Notes under the pieces: model-generated
Seen by the model: the letters and a program-made list of their open reading frames with translations, nothing else
The model's database searches: none
What the model was told of the DNA's origin: nothing
Origin: Vicugna vicugna
Taxonomy: Eukaryota
Assembly (NCBI GenBank): GCA_013265495.1
Contig: MU058221.1
Location: forward strand, 4,466,001 to 4,530,000
Direction of reading: 5' to 3'
DNA length: 64,000 nt
Shown: positions 13,855-28,450 of the stretch, in pieces
Numbering within the stretch: position 1 is the first letter of the stretch
Layout of the letters: each line of letters opens with the position of its first letter
Program-made: the position numbers and the translations under genes

Positions 13855-14558
13855 TCAGCGCCAGCTGGAAGTTTAAGGATGAACCATGCAATTTTGGTCA
13901 AGAAATGTTGTTTCAACAGGTTTTTTATTTTACCTACCCTCTTCTTACCAATATTTTTTGGGTTGGCACTCCTGCATTTAACATTTAAAAGTCATAAATG
14001 CCACGTTTATTTCTGCTGATAATATTACACGAATGCTAAATGGTGGCTGGCTCCTGATATTCACAAAGTCAGCCCTATTTCTGGTTTAGCTCTTTATCGA
14101 GACTCTTCCCTCCCACAGAATTATTCCCGGATGGCTCTTTAAAAATGAGCATTTTAAGAAAATGTGTGTTTGTGAGAATATCATCTCTGATTAAACAGGT
14201 AAGGAATTTCTCTGCACAAAGTAACTCTTTGAGGAGGCACACTGCAGAGGAACCACTCACAAGCTGGGACACAAGTCCTAGTGAGGGACAGGGGTGTCCC
14301 GACCTCTCTTCCTTCTTCCCTTAGACCCAGAGGGGCTGATGACAGACAGCACACACAGGGCTCCACTCCAAGCACACGGCGTTTAAGCACTAGCACTTGG
14401 ACAGGGTTTAAGTCAATGTTCCCCACAGGCTGGCTGCCTCCTTTTCACACTGTTAAGTTATAAACTCACTGAAGGCAGCACTGGTTTCCCACCTTTCGAT
14501 GCATCTCTGAAGAGTGATCTTGCAGGAGAGAAGCAGCAGGTGCCACGTGACAGCCACT

Positions 14559-14670
14559 TGGCCAGCTCTGCGCCTCAGCACAGGTCACACCTGCCACCTC
14601 CTAACCCTCCAGCTGTGTGGCCAGCACGGTGCCTCAGCACACGTCACACCTGCCACCTGCTAACCCTCCC
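14559..14670. repeat. Imperfect 59-bp tandem duplication
   Basis: GCCTCAGCACA(G/C)GTCACACCTGCCACCT(C/G)CTAACCCTCC at 14572 and 14631. Confidence 0.85.
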
Positions 14671-15039
14671 AAACTCTCTGCGAGACAGAAATTATTACTC
14701 TCAACGTACAAATTAAAACCAGAGGCTAGAGAAGACGGAACTGGCACCCCGGCTCAAAGTCCTTTCTCATTCTCTGTCACGCTAAGTCACCTGGTGTCTG
14801 AGGCTGGACTTCCGCACACAGAAAAGCACAACTAATGTTTAACACTGATTTTACGAATTTGAGTCTTAATAAAAATATGCCAGGGCTATATTTTACATTC
14901 TTTTAACTATAAAAAGCTGCCTTTGAAAATCTTTTTTAAAATATTCTAAAGATTTGAAGGTATGTTTCTAAAAATGAGAAATTTGCCTGGCTTTTGGCAA
15001 CAAATACCAAAATCGTTTAAGAATATAAAAACTTTTTTA

Positions 15040-15663
<624 letters not shown>

Positions 15664-16999
15664 TTAAAGAAAGAGAATCCCAAAACACTGAGATTGTGTT
15701 CATGAGACAGACTATCATATAGTAAAACAAATTACAGACATAAGTACACATGCTGCCAGTCCCACAACCCGTCATCCAAATAAACGATGTCACCAGGTGA
15801 AGAAACAAGAAGAAAAGGCTTCAATTACAGCAGGGCGGTTTTAAAAGGAGATATAGAAGAAAGTATATTATTAGTTAGGGTGTTTTACGACTGTAAAAGC
15901 AGTTTTAAGACCTAAAGTCGTCTACATAAAACGACCGTCTACTGCTGACGCACAGCAAAATGGAACAACGCATCTATCAAAACGAGCATAAGGAAAAAAA
16001 GATGGCATAAGGTTCAAGGATTAATCTGTGGCTAATAACCCGGGTTTAGGAAAATAAGTTCACAGCTGGGCTTGCAGTCTGCTGACCACACACTGACTCC
16101 TCAAGTCAGAACCCAGTTCTCCTGCAGTGGCTCAGCAAGAGGCTGTCGCTGGTGCTGGAAACTGCAGGGACTGTCTTTCTTGCTGGACTGGAACGCCCGG
16201 GGGGTCAGTAAACAAGACTGTTTTCCCCGGCCCTGTGTTCCCAGGATTGAGCACCATTCAGGCACAGAAAGAGCTCAACAAGTATCTACCAAATGGGTCA
16301 GAACTGAAAATCAATGGAGCACAACCATATTCTTAAAATCGACTTTCAAGTCTGAGGCCCTTCAGTAGCTGGGCCCCGTATCACGACAAACGACAACCAC
16401 GAACACCAGCCGCATGTCTCACTCGTCGGTTTCCCCCTGTTCTCGGAAACTTCTAGTCACATCCTCTCTCCCTAACGCGGCCCCTCCTCCGTGGGATTTG
16501 CCATAACTGACAAGGCTGGGCAGGCAATGCCTACGTACACACGTATGTGGTGCATTTAGCTTTCAAGCAAAGGATACCCAGTACTTCAGCTGTGCGCCTT
16601 CGCGGGCAGCGTCCTGGTCTCCCTTGCACGCCTATGTGAGTCTCAGGGTGGAGCTCTGCTCCAGCTGTTCACTCAGTGCCCGGGATTACCGGGAGGGGCA
16701 GCTGTTTTATTTATTCTAGTCTTTTGATGGATCAGCATGATAATCAGTGAATAGTGACACTAGGGTGTTATCCTTTAAAGGGGCTTTCATCTAATTACAT
16801 AAATGACATCTGAACTGCACACACTTCAACAATGAAATGAATGGTTTTAGGGTGGATTGCGCCTGCCATCCTTAAAGTACATACAGTAAAAGAGACTTAA
16901 AGACATCTGTCGTCAGGGCACTTCCGCCTCCAAAAAGCGGGGGTGTTCTCCTCCATTCTTCCTGCTAAGTACAACTAAAAGCAAAACGCAAAGGGACTA

Positions 17000-18445
17000 G
17001 AAAAGCTAACAACTTTTTGAAATGAAGTACAAGGAAGCAATCTACCCGACTTCCAGACACGTTACCTAATCACAGTTAGCAAGCGTGTGTGGTGCGGACG
17101 AAACCCAGAGCAGGCCAACACACGGGTGCCACCCGACTGCTGGCCCAAAAATGCAAAAGCAACTCAATGGGAAAAAAAAGTGATCTCTTCAACCAACGGT
17201 GCTGAAGCAGCTGAACACACGCAGACGAGAAAGAACTTTGATCTAAGTCTCACACCTAGAAAACTTCATTGAAATTGGACCATAGGATTTAAATGTAAAA
17301 CTATCAAACTTTCAGGAAAAAATGGGCATTTCAGGCTAGGCAAAGAGTTCCTAGACTTGAGGTCAAAGCATATTCCACAAAAGAAAACATTTTCATGAAA
17401 ATGAAAATCTTTGCTCTCTGGAAGATCCTGTTAAGAGCATGAGAAAGCAAGCTACAGACGGGAGAAGATATTTGCGAGCCACACATCCAACAATGTACTA
17501 GTATCTAGAATGTACAAACAACTCTCAAAACTCAACAGTAAAAATGCAAATAATCCAATTAGGCCACGGGCAAAAGCACAAAGAAACATTTCACGGAAGA
17601 AGACATACGGATGGCACACAAGCACCTGAAAACATGAGCCATTAAGGGGGTGTAAATTATACCCACGACGAGATGTCGCTGAACCCTCATCAGAATGGCT
17701 ACAATAAAAAAACAGTGGCCAGCGCCGGCAAGGACGTGGAGAAGCTGGATCACAGCTACGCTGGTGACGGAGACGTAGGATGGTCCAGCCGCCGTGCACA
17801 GCGATTTGGTGGTTTCTTAAAACAACATGCAACTATCACACCCCCAGCGACTGCACTCCTGGGCAGGCATCCCAGACGGATGAAGACTCGTGCTGCATAA
17901 CAACCCGTGTGCAAATGTTTATAGCAGCCTCGCTCGTCAAAGCTGCAGACTGGAAATAATCCCAGTATCTTTCAACAGGTGACTGGTTAAACAAACTGCA
18001 GTGCACGCGCGCCCTGAAATACCACTCAGCAGCACAAAGGAGTGACCTGCCGACGTAACAACCCGACGAGTCTCCAGAGAATTACACCAAGTACAAACAG
18101 CCAGTCCCAAAGGCCACACACTACATGACGCCATTTACACAGCATTCCTGACATGGAACAATTTTATAAATGGAGGATTACTAGTTGCCAAGGATTAAGA
18201 AGGGAGTGGGGGTGGGTGCAGCTATAAAAGGGCAAGATGAGGGATCCCTGTAGCGATGGAGACATTCGTTATTTTGCCTGTATCGATGTCAATATACTGG
18301 TTGTGTGACACTGTTTATTACAGTTCTGCAAGATGTTACCACTGGGGAGACGCTGGATAAAGGGTACACAGAGATCTGTCTGTATGATTTCTTACAAGTA
18401 CCTGTGAATTTACAGTTAAATGAGTTTAAAAAGTTAAATTAAAAT
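17000..18445 (+). mobile_element. Old L1 (L1MB/MC-type) ORF2 3' end + 3' UTR
   Basis: Degenerate ORF2 C-terminal region (GGGAGAAGATATTTGC, AACTCAACAGTAAAAA) followed by 3' UTR motifs. Confidence 0.8.
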
Positions 18446-19539
18446 AAATTTTTTAAAAAGGATGTAGGAGTCAACTATGTCACATGCGGTTGAGAGTAAA
18501 AAAAGTCTAACATAAGAGAAAAAATCACACAGTTAAATATCAACTTGGAATCCGATCACTTTCTTCAATAGCGTTCAGTCGGCTGTTACACAGTTTTATT
18601 AGTTGTCATCAACACAAACTAGAAAGTCACTCCACTGTCGTGCTGCCGTCACGCTGCACCACATTCCATTCAGAAATGCCCGAGGGATGGAAATCCTTCC
18701 CGTGAACCCCTGCAGGACTGGAAGTCGGTGTGGCTTCTGGGAATACTAACACTGGGATCAAAACAGGAACAGTTGATACAACAAGATCATCTCCTCTCCC
18801 TCATCTCCTTGAAAATTCTGTAGTGTCGTGTGTTTTCTTCTAGGTGAATTTTTTTTCCCAGCCTTTTTTCAAAGGAATTAAAAGCAGTCTCCCAGAGGCC
18901 TGCCTCGTCAATGTGTTACCGGCAGGCAGAGAGCCGAGGGCTTCCCTGAACTCCTTTCAGTTGTTTGAGGTTTACGGCCACCTTGGAAAGCGGGGCGCTT
19001 CTCAGAAAGGCAGCTCAGCACAGGCAGACCTTCCCGCACGCCCACCTGAAGTCCAGAGCAGGAGCCAATCAAAGCGGCGTGAGGAGCACACAGAGGATTC
19101 ACGTGTGCACACGCGCCTGAGTGACGAGGTGGATCAGGCCCCGACTAGCACTCAGATGGCCCGTGGGGCTCCCTGCAACCTCCCTGGTGAGGGGGCTCGG
19201 TAAGGACCCTTCTGGCAAGCAGGGCTGCCAGCTCCAGGAGCCATCAGTAATACAGGAAGATCACGGTCGTTAAGCCAGCCCTGTAAACCACACAGCTGAC
19301 GTCCACCCACGGGGCTAGCTGTTCTTACGTAGTATTTATAGTCACGGTTTACGGACAGAGAAAATACTGTAGCCCTATTATGGTGGAGAAACAGTACAGC
19401 TTAGTGAGAGTTAGGTGTGAAGAATCTAAAAACAGGCATTAACGGGCTGCCTTTGAAATGTTAATGTGATCATTTCTTTGAGGAACTAAACAAGTCGCAG
19501 TGCAATTGTCCCAAAACATTTTGAGAGAAACTGTGACAT

Positions 19540-20200
19540 CCAACAAGGCCAACAGGGCACAAGCTAACAGTAAAAATACTTACAGCACGTACACCTGACA
19601 GAGGACTTATATCCAGAATATTTACAGAAGCCTCCTATAGTCATCAATCATACAGAAAATTATATAAAGAGGCAACCCAATAAAAAAATAATGTGCAAAA
19701 AACCTCAAGGGATGATTCACAAAAGAAGAGCTATAAATAGCCAGTAAGCACACGATCTCATCAGTCGTCAGGAAAACTCAAAGCCACAATGAGACATCAT
19801 TGCGCTCCCAGCAGAGCGGCTGGCGATGCTAAGTGCCCGGGGGACGAGGGACGATGGAGCGCTCACACCCCCCTCCATAGTGGGCGTGCAGAAGGCAGGC
19901 ACTCAGCACAACTATTTGACAACTTCTTAGAAAGTCGAGTATGCTTTGACCCTATGACTTAGCAATTCCAATCCTAGGCATTTTACCCAGGAGAAATGAA
20001 ATGTATCCACAAAAAGACCAGCACACAGAAGCCCGCCTTCACCTTATTCATGATGCTCAAGTCTGGAAACAACAGAAATTTTCATCAGTGGGAGAACAAA
20101 CTGTGTAATCATTCAAGAGGATACTACTTAACAATAAAATAAAATTAACTGCTGACACATGCAAAAAAAACGGGATAATCCATAGTGTGCTGAGCAGGAA
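19540..20200 (+). mobile_element. Old L1 fragment
   Basis: GGACTTATATCCAGAATA, GACTTAGCAATTCCAATCCTAGG and CTGGAAACAAC motifs. Confidence 0.65.
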
Positions 20201-20430
20201 AGAATCTTCAAAACCCCCAAAATATTTTCACCAGTTTCGTGGAACTATTATTACTGTTTCTCAGACATCAATTTAGGGTGCAGAAGCAGTTCACTACGAA
20301 ACTCCCCTGGGAAATTCTATTAAAGCTGAACTCATTAAAATGAGTTTGATTTGCACAGTCAGAGTCTCTTTGTGAGTCTGAACTTAGGTCAAGGAGTTCT
20401 GTGTTTCATCTGTAAGAAATACATACTCAC

Positions 20431-20488
20431 CAACTCTTCCTTTCTTGTGAATGTGGCCAGGCATGATGCCAATTTTGCATTCTCCAGG
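20431..20488 (-). CDS. SUCLG1: SUCLG1 exon 5
   Basis: [19 protein letters not shown](G); AG/GTGAGT boundaries; 58 nt; separated from exon 4 by a 135-nt intron. Confidence 0.97.
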
Positions 20489-20584
20489 CTGCAGGAAAGT
20501 AATTCACAGTTTCAGAGAAGTGAAGGGGGAAAACAAGTGCCTCAGAGGTCGTACACACAGACTCAAAAAGCTCGTTAGCCTTTA

Positions 20585-20860
<276 letters not shown>

Positions 20861-22551
20861 TTATTATTGGTGAAGTCATAAACATTGTAAAGGAAATTCA
20901 ATACCGTGGTTATACTAATGTCTCGGGGCCGCCACCAGGAGACATCGGATGTCTTCGTTCTTCCCATTAACAAGTTCACCGTGCTGTCAGAGAAGAGCAG
21001 AATAAGGATGGCCTCCTTTCTGCCCCTTGGGGATGCCTCTCTGAGCTGACAGGTGCTGTGCCCTCCCATTCCCCCAGGCGAGAGCACGTCAGTAAACCTC
21101 AAAGCGCTGCCCGATTTGCGTTTGTGTCCCCTCATTCCTGGGCCATGTTTATTTTTGTTGCTCTACAAGACACTTAGCACCTGTTCAGTACCAAAGACCT
21201 TGTACCTCCCCAGGAGAAAAAGGACTAGTGAGACCCAAGCTTAAGAACTCGGCTCTCAAACATCTTAAAGATATATCATACTTACGCACGTGGATTAGAA
21301 ATAAACAAAAATGCACGTGCGTAAATGAGCACAGGATAGGAATGGGTCAGGTAAGACTAGAGTCTATTCTGCACCACCCCTCACAATGCAACGCACATGA
21401 AGACCATCAGTCTGATCGCTGCTCCCTCTGTGGTCTCTACATGCTCTCTACACGTGTCCGTACTGACGGAGTCTTCCCCCACCTCCACTGGAGGCCATGT
21501 CTCTTCCACTGTAATGGAAGCTCCTTGAAGACAACAGATTGTGATCTCTGACTCCCCAAGAGTGACAGCACCTATTTGGTGAGAGGCCCTGAGAGACTCT
21601 ACACAGGCTTCAGGTAAGGCTTCCCCACAACCCTGTGCGCTTAGCAACTCCATCTACACATCACGATGCTGAGGCCAAGAGGTATTAAATAACTTGTGCA
21701 AGACTACATGGCTAAGAGGTAGCAGAGCCAAGACTCAGTGTATCTGATTGCAGTGTCCGTTATTTTCAGTTACAGCAGTCTGCCTCCCAATAAATGTTAA
21801 AACGGAACCTGATCAAGATATAAACCAAAATCTCCTGAAGGCTGTGCCATAGGAGTTCACAATGGATACAAACACGAAGTCACAGAACATACAGACACAG
21901 CTAAGGGCGGACGTAGAAGACAGTGTCTGTGGGCATCACCCCAAAATGATTCACCACAACCCCAGAGTGGGGAGCTTTCTCTGCCACATTCCTAGTAAAA
22001 AGAGGTTATCTGGACAGTGAAAGAAGAGTAAGTAAAAGGACGCTAACTTGCCAGGGGTTAAAAATAATTTGAAATAATTTTTAGATAATGTTTTTAAAAA
22101 CTACGTTCAAGGTGATAACAGAGAAGTCGGGACCAAAGAAAAAACTAGGCTGGAACCAACAGAAAGCAGATCATAGGCATGTACATATTTTATGGAAAAT
22201 ATATCCCATGGTTTTCTACTTAAGGCTACAAATACTTTCAGAAGCTGAACTTGCGCTGGCAAATAACACTGGATGAAAGGTATCCGTTCTTCTCATTCAG
22301 AAAGCTCTTTGTAAGAGCTGAACAGGTGAGAAATAAACAGTATCTGTCAAGGAACTTACAGAATATTCCAAATGTCCTATCTATTGTGTCATAATGAATA
22401 ACAAATGAATTGCTTAGCAACAAAATCTTCTTTAAAAGAAAGCAAAAAAAAAAAAGGCTCATAACAAAAGTCAAATCTACCTAGAGGAATTATGAAGACA
22501 GTTCCCCTCTATATTTTGAGGTCAAGAAATCAGCCATAAGAGAATTTAAGA

Positions 22552-22650
22552 GGGGAAAAGAAGGTAGAGACAGCTCAGTGGTAGAGCTCATGCTTAGCAA
22601 GCACGAGGTCCTGGGTTCAATCCCTAGTCCCTCCATTAAAAAAAAAAAGA
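22552..22650 (+). mobile_element. tRNA-derived SINE (short form)
   Basis: CAGCTCAGTGGTAGAGC...GGTCCTGGGTTCAATCCC...polyA. Confidence 0.85.
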
Positions 22651-22963
22651 AAGTAATATTTCAAAACATGCCTAAAAGAAAAGGGTGGAGGAGACAAAAA
22701 TGCAAAGTAAAAAGACTCTAAATGATTATTCTACAGAATATGATTTTTTTTTACTCTTCACAATACAAGACACTCAAAACACACAGACACATATATTATA
22801 CTCTATTTTCAAATTTAAAATAAAATGAAAATTCCAAATTTGAATATTCGGTTTTTCCCTACATTTTAGGATTAAGAATACAAATTAACTTCAATTTGAA
22901 GTTAGTATTCTGAAAAGAGATTAAGTCTATAAATTTGTACTTTAAAAAAATGCAGTACTACGA

Positions 22964-23052
22964 GGGGGAGGGTACAGCTCAAGTGGAGAGCGCATGCTTA
23001 GCGTGCACGAGGTCCTGGGTTCAACCCCCAGTCCCTCCATTAAAAAAAAAAA
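22964..23052 (+). mobile_element. tRNA-derived SINE (short form)
   Basis: GGGGGAGGGTACAGCTCAAGTGG...GGTCCTGGGTTCAACCCC...polyA. Confidence 0.85.
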
Positions 23053-24048
23053 GCAAGCAATACTTTAAAACATGCCTTAAAAGTATGTTGAGGGGGTTAC
23101 ATTTTTTATCATCAGTACATTAATCTCAAGTACTAACCTTATCTCCTAGATTTTAAAAAATTAAATAGCCAAGAATTTGTACTATAATTTTGATAATACT
23201 ATTATTTTTGTGTATGTTCATGTAACGCAGAGAGGACGAGAGCACACAGTGAGCTCAGAGTAGCTCACCATAAAGGCTACGTCTGAGGAGTGGAGAACAC
23301 TATATAAAATTTAACTTTACGTACTTTTACATCTGAATCTTTACAATGAGCACATGTTAGCTTTGTAACAAAGAATTAAAGTTTAGGTTAAAATCACTTC
23401 TAAAGTACTAAGAAATTAGCAACTTGGGGGAGAGACTAGGACTCTGATTTATTAATCAGACTATACAGCTAAGTTTTCCCACACAAGACCAGCACACTAA
23501 TTACTTAACTCCAAGCCACGCTAAGTCTGCCACTTATCGGCTGTGAGGCTACGTGCAGGACCATTTCCTCTCTGCACCTGTCCTATCCTTGTCTTTAAAA
23601 TGGGGGTGATCACAGCATCCACCTAGGAGGTTGCGGGGAGCCAGGAACGAGGCCGTGCACAGGACGTGGTCTTCCCCTGGCCCGGCAGTGAAAGAAAAAT
23701 TAAAGCGCAGGAGGGCAGGGGGCGGATGCTGCCGTGTGCACTGCTAACATCCCGGCAGAAGCGGTAAGGAAAGGAGAGGAAGCCAAAGAGAAGCCGGCAC
23801 CTGACTTCCTCGCGTCGGAGCCGGGGTACGCCCGGCAGCAAAAGCGCCCCAGGCTGTGGGGAAACGCCCGGGCCTACATCACCAGAGCGAACCCACTGGT
23901 TTGTACTGCAATCCAAATTTCTCTAGGTTACTGGAACTGGAGAAAGCAAGCGACTCTCCCCAAAGGGGCACAATTAAGATCTCTAACCAAGGTGCTCCAG
24001 CTCCTCCCCCGCTCGTCCTTTCCTGCCAAACTCGGCGCGGTTACTCAC

Positions 24049-24165
24049 CTCCTTCACGGTGTTAAAGACCGGCAGGCCCAGGTGCGTCTTGCCGCCCTTC
24101 CCCGGAGTGGTTCCGCCCACGAGCTTGGTGCCATACTCCAACGCCTGCTGGCTGTGAAAGGTGCC
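24049..24165 (-). CDS. SUCLG1: SUCLG1 exon 3 (CoA-binding domain)
   Basis: [41 protein letters not shown] acceptor, GTGAGT donor; 117 nt. Confidence 0.98.
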
Positions 24166-24656
24166 CTGCGGGGAAGCAGCACAGGACCAGTGAGGGAGGG
24201 CCGGCTGGGAAGCCGGAAGGCGATCTTCGGCAACGAGGAAAAGAAGAACACACAGGTTAACGCGTGCTTCCCTGAGAATCTCGGAGACATCCACCCAAGC
24301 CCTCGCATCGGCGTGCTGAGCGCAGCTCCCCGCCCTGACGCAGAGGCCACTGCGAGCCAGAATAAATTTTTTTTTCCAAGGAGGTGTCTTTTCGCTCCAT
24401 TTTCAAACTTGGCGGATGATCAGAAACCCCCTGGCGTTTACTTGAAAAGAACACCTGTTTTACTGTTCTTCATCTCCTGATGTCCTCACAGCCCTCTTCT
24501 ACTCACTTTGAAAAGTCCACGGTCAACCACTCTAACCACACAACCACCCTGGCTCTCTCTCACTTCCACTTACACCTCCAGCAAAACTAGTCTCAGTTAA
24601 ATCCAATTCTCCCCCTGCTCCAAGGCTACACACGTGCCACTGAACAGTCACTGGAG

Positions 24657-24742
24657 AAAAAAATAAATAAAAATAAAAATAAAAATTAAAATTAAAATTA
24701 AAATTAAAAAAAATAAAAATAAAAATAAAAATAAAAATAAAA
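24657..24742. repeat. (TAAAAA)n/(TTAAAA)n microsatellite
   Basis: Visible directly. Confidence 0.95.
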
Positions 24743-24834
24743 CCAGCCTAACTCGTCTCACTTTAAATGAATGATCCTTAATCTTAAGCGAGACTTTAAT
24801 GCCGCCCAGCCAACACCCTGTATGTCCCGGTCCG

Positions 24835-25000
24835 TTTACTCGGCACTACTGACATTCTGGGCACGTTGATTCGCCCTTACAAGGCTGTCCTGTGCTTTGG
24901 ACCATGTTTAGCAGCGATGTTTACCTCTACTCAGCAGACGCCAGTGTACTGCCCCCTTCCCTGCCCCAATCAGTTCTGACAACCAAAAATTCCTCCAGGG
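24835..25000 (+). mobile_element. MER20-like hAT fragment
   Basis: CTCGGCACTACTGACATT...GGCTGTCCTGTGC...TGTTTAGCAGC...TGACAACCAAAAAT. Confidence 0.7.
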
Positions 25001-25079
25001 ATCGAAAGCTGCTTTTTCACTAAGCTCCTGGAGCTCCACCTTCCCTGGTTTTCACCTTCTCTTTCTCTCCCGTCCTAGA

Positions 25080-26175
25080 CTTCTCTTTTTCATTTCAATT
25101 TATGCCCTTGGTGACCTCATCCCTTTCATGGTAATAAGGATCATTCATATGGTGACCTCTCCCATACAAACAGAGACACACGTACCTCCCACACGCCTAG
25201 CCAAGGCCTTCACCTTGAACTCCACATTCACATTGTCAAATGCCTACCTGACATCTCTACCTGGAGAACTAGCAGGCATCCCAAACTCAGTGCCAAAACC
25301 GAGCTCCTGATCACTCCCCTCCACAGTGCACCCCATCTCAATTAATGACAACTCCACTCCCAGCAGACGTGCACACCAAAAATACTGCGGTCATTCTTGA
25401 TTCTTCTTTCTCTTATACCACAGATTAGGATATATTAGTAAATCCTGTTGCCCTACCTTCAAAACAGAGCTGACAGCATCTCCCCCCTCCTACTGCCACC
25501 ATCTTGGTCTAAGTCACCATCAACTCTTGACAGAATATTGCCCTTGCTCCCTTTCAACCTATTCTCAACACAGAAGCCAGAGTGAGCCTGACACATGTCA
25601 CTTCTCTGATCACACTCTCCAAGTTTCTCATCTCATTCACAGCAAAAGCCAAACTCCTCACACCAGCCTACGAGTCAGTATGCAAGCTGCCTCCTCACAT
25701 CAGAACACCTCACTGCCCGACCTCATTTACTGCTCTCTCATCGCTCATCCCACTCCGGTACACTGGCCTTGCGGCTGCCACACACAACAGGCACACCACT
25801 GCCTCCTGGCCTCACTGTCCCCTTTGGCTGGAATATACACCCACCCAGTTCACTCCCATATCTCCTTTAGAACTTGACTCAGAGGTCAGGCTTCCCCTGA
25901 CCACCTGGTATAAAATCCCCCCCTTCCCCATCCTCACTGCCTCCACGACTCCACACACACAGATACGTACATGCCTCCCTTCTCTGGTTTAGTGTCTCCA
26001 TAGCATTTACACTTCCTAACGTACCACGAGATTTACCCACTGACTCTGTTCTTCTTCCCCACCACTCCATGAACACAATGATTTCCATCTTCTTTGCTCA
26101 CTGACGGATGGCAACTAAATCAACACATTCCATACAGTAGGCACTCAATTAAGCAGTTGCTGAAAACTGAATGGA
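25080..26175 (+). mobile_element. LINE2 (L2) 3' portion
   Basis: C/T-rich L2-like body (TGCCTACCTGACATCTCTACCTGG...) ending in TAGTAGGCACTCAATTAAG...TGAATG. Confidence 0.7.
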
Positions 26176-27798
26176 CCTATGCGGTCATTCTATAGGGACC
26201 TAAGAATGCTGACTCAACTACTCAAGTTCTACTAAAGGCATAAAATTTGGGGCCTTAAGAGGGACTTCAGAAATGTCCTGATTCAACGTCTTCATGGAAG
26301 GAAACTTAGTCCCGAGCATGTTATCTGACTTATCTAAAGTCAGTGATGGAGCTCTGGAAAGAACCACAGGCCAGTGCTCTCTCTTTGGAGCAGTGCCATT
26401 TAAAGTGTCGTCTTTGGACTCTTACAGATCTGCGTGAGATAAATACAAAAAGAAAAAGAAAAAAATTGACAAAACAAGAAGAAATTGAAAAAAAGAAAAA
26501 TCTAATTAAAAAAACAGAAATAAGAGAGAATGTTTGCAAACTTTTATAGCAGTATGATACTGCTATGACTTTTATTGTATTTTGAAAAAGTACTGATGTG
26601 CATTAAATTGGAAATAAAAACAGACATACCCAAACTGGTCTTCCACTCTAGACAGAGAAGCACTGCCCTAGACTACAGCACTGTTAGATCAAGTCAAACG
26701 GATAACTTTTTCAGTCCTAACATAGTGTCAAACAGGGATAACACTTCCTGTTTATAAGCTTCTTTTTCCTAGTTTTCCCATTATCACCATTCACTGCACA
26801 GTTAAGAACAGGAATAGCTTAAGCAACTCATAAAAGCCAGTACAAGAAATAGCACCCATTGGAAATCTGCATTGTTGAGATCCATTCTGAAATACACATA
26901 TTCCTCATTCACATGTGGAACAATGTGTGCACTGAAAAAAAAAAAAAGCATGAGGGAAAATGCAGATTTCCTACAGATAAACTCTAAGTTTCAGACCTTA
27001 CTGTTACCTCCGTAGACAGAAACTTCACAAATCTGAGACAATTAAGGCTCCCAATTACTTTAAAAAAAAAAAAAAGGAAAGTGAATGAGAAACAACGTAA
27101 TTGCAGATAACTAAAAGACGCTGGAACCAAACTTGGATTTCATTATTTAGGCAAATCATCACCTAATTTAGGAAGCAGAGACAGTTCCAAATAGTGCTTA
27201 CAGGCATGAACTTAAAAAAAAGGTCACAGGTTAAAATGTCACAGGATCATATAAAGCTGAGCAAACAGGAAAACAAAATTACACAGAATAAACTTACGTG
27301 GGGAACTTAGGGTAATCAAACATCTGATTGTATGTTAACAAAATTAATACCTAACCAAAAAAGGGACTGAATGTGATTTTAACTGGCAGAGGAGTAAAAA
27401 AATGCACCTCAAATGCTAGAGGAGCATCAACGTTCTTCAGAAAATGTATGTGAAAGTGATGTGCATAAAACGCACGGCTATCAGAACAAGTAAGCCCATT
27501 TTACCTATGAACCAGATTGCAAGGTTTGGCGTATTTCTTTCTTTGTTGGTGGAGGATTTTTCTTTTTTAAGATAGTTGAGGAATGGGAGAAAAAGAAGAA
27601 CAGTCTACTGTGATTCCCATTTTTGTGCCCAGTTATTTCAGAAAACAGGCAAAAAGCAAAAGGACATTTCATATGAAACAACTGCCCAATCAAATTCATT
27701 TTTTTAAAAAAAGAACTATGTAATTGTAAAGCAATTCCTAAGTACTTTAGAAAACAGAAGTTATAGAAATCTGGATATTTCAGTATTATTCTCTAGAT

Positions 27799-28018
27799 CA
27801 GGGGTTGGTTAAGTATGGCCTGAGGAATCTCGCCAGCCACTGGTTTTGTGAATTAAGTGAAATTACTGGCAAACAGCAGCACCCATTCCTTGCCGTTTCA
27901 TCCGTGGCTGCTCGTGCTGTCCCGGCACTACGGAGTAGCTGTTACGGTGACCGCCTGGCCTACTAAGCCTGAAATGCTTACCATCTGGTCCCTTACAGAG
28001 TAAGCTTGCCAACTCCTG
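27799..28018 (+). mobile_element. MER58A-like hAT MITE
   Basis: TIRs CAGGGGTTGG / CCAACTCCTG; about 220 nt; degenerate 8-bp TSD CTCTAGAT/CTCCGGGT. Confidence 0.75.
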
Positions 28019-28387
28019 CTCCGGGTCACTAAAATACTGCAGAACAGATGTGGCAATTCTCCTAATCACAGAAAAATCATTACCTTTTAAATTAAAAAAA
28101 AGTCATTAATTGCTTTTATTTTGCCGTAGCTCCTTTAACTGTGAAGGAAGGAATACTCTGGGTTAAGACTCGTGGTTATCTTCTAATTGATTTGGCAGTA
28201 TTCCTTTGTTTTTTAAAAAATCTGTGCATCTACTACAGAAACTAAAATCTGTATAAATGCATTCAAGGGCAACTTAGCAGTGGCTGTTAAAATGTTAAAT
28301 ACACAGCAATTCTGGCACCCAACTGTACTTTTAGGAATCTATTTAATAGACATATACATGTATGATTTATAGCATGTCCTGTATAGT

Positions 28388-28450
28388 ATATGTGTGTGTG
28401 TGTGTGTATATGTGTGTGTATATATATATATATATATATACATATATATA
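28388..28450. repeat. (TG)n(TA)n compound microsatellite
   Basis: Visible directly. Confidence 0.95.

Noticed and set aside
23734..24480. 248-aa plus-strand ORF, the longest in the track
   Set aside because: Antisense shadow of GC-rich SUCLG1 exon 3 and its flanks; GTG start; no recognisable protein.
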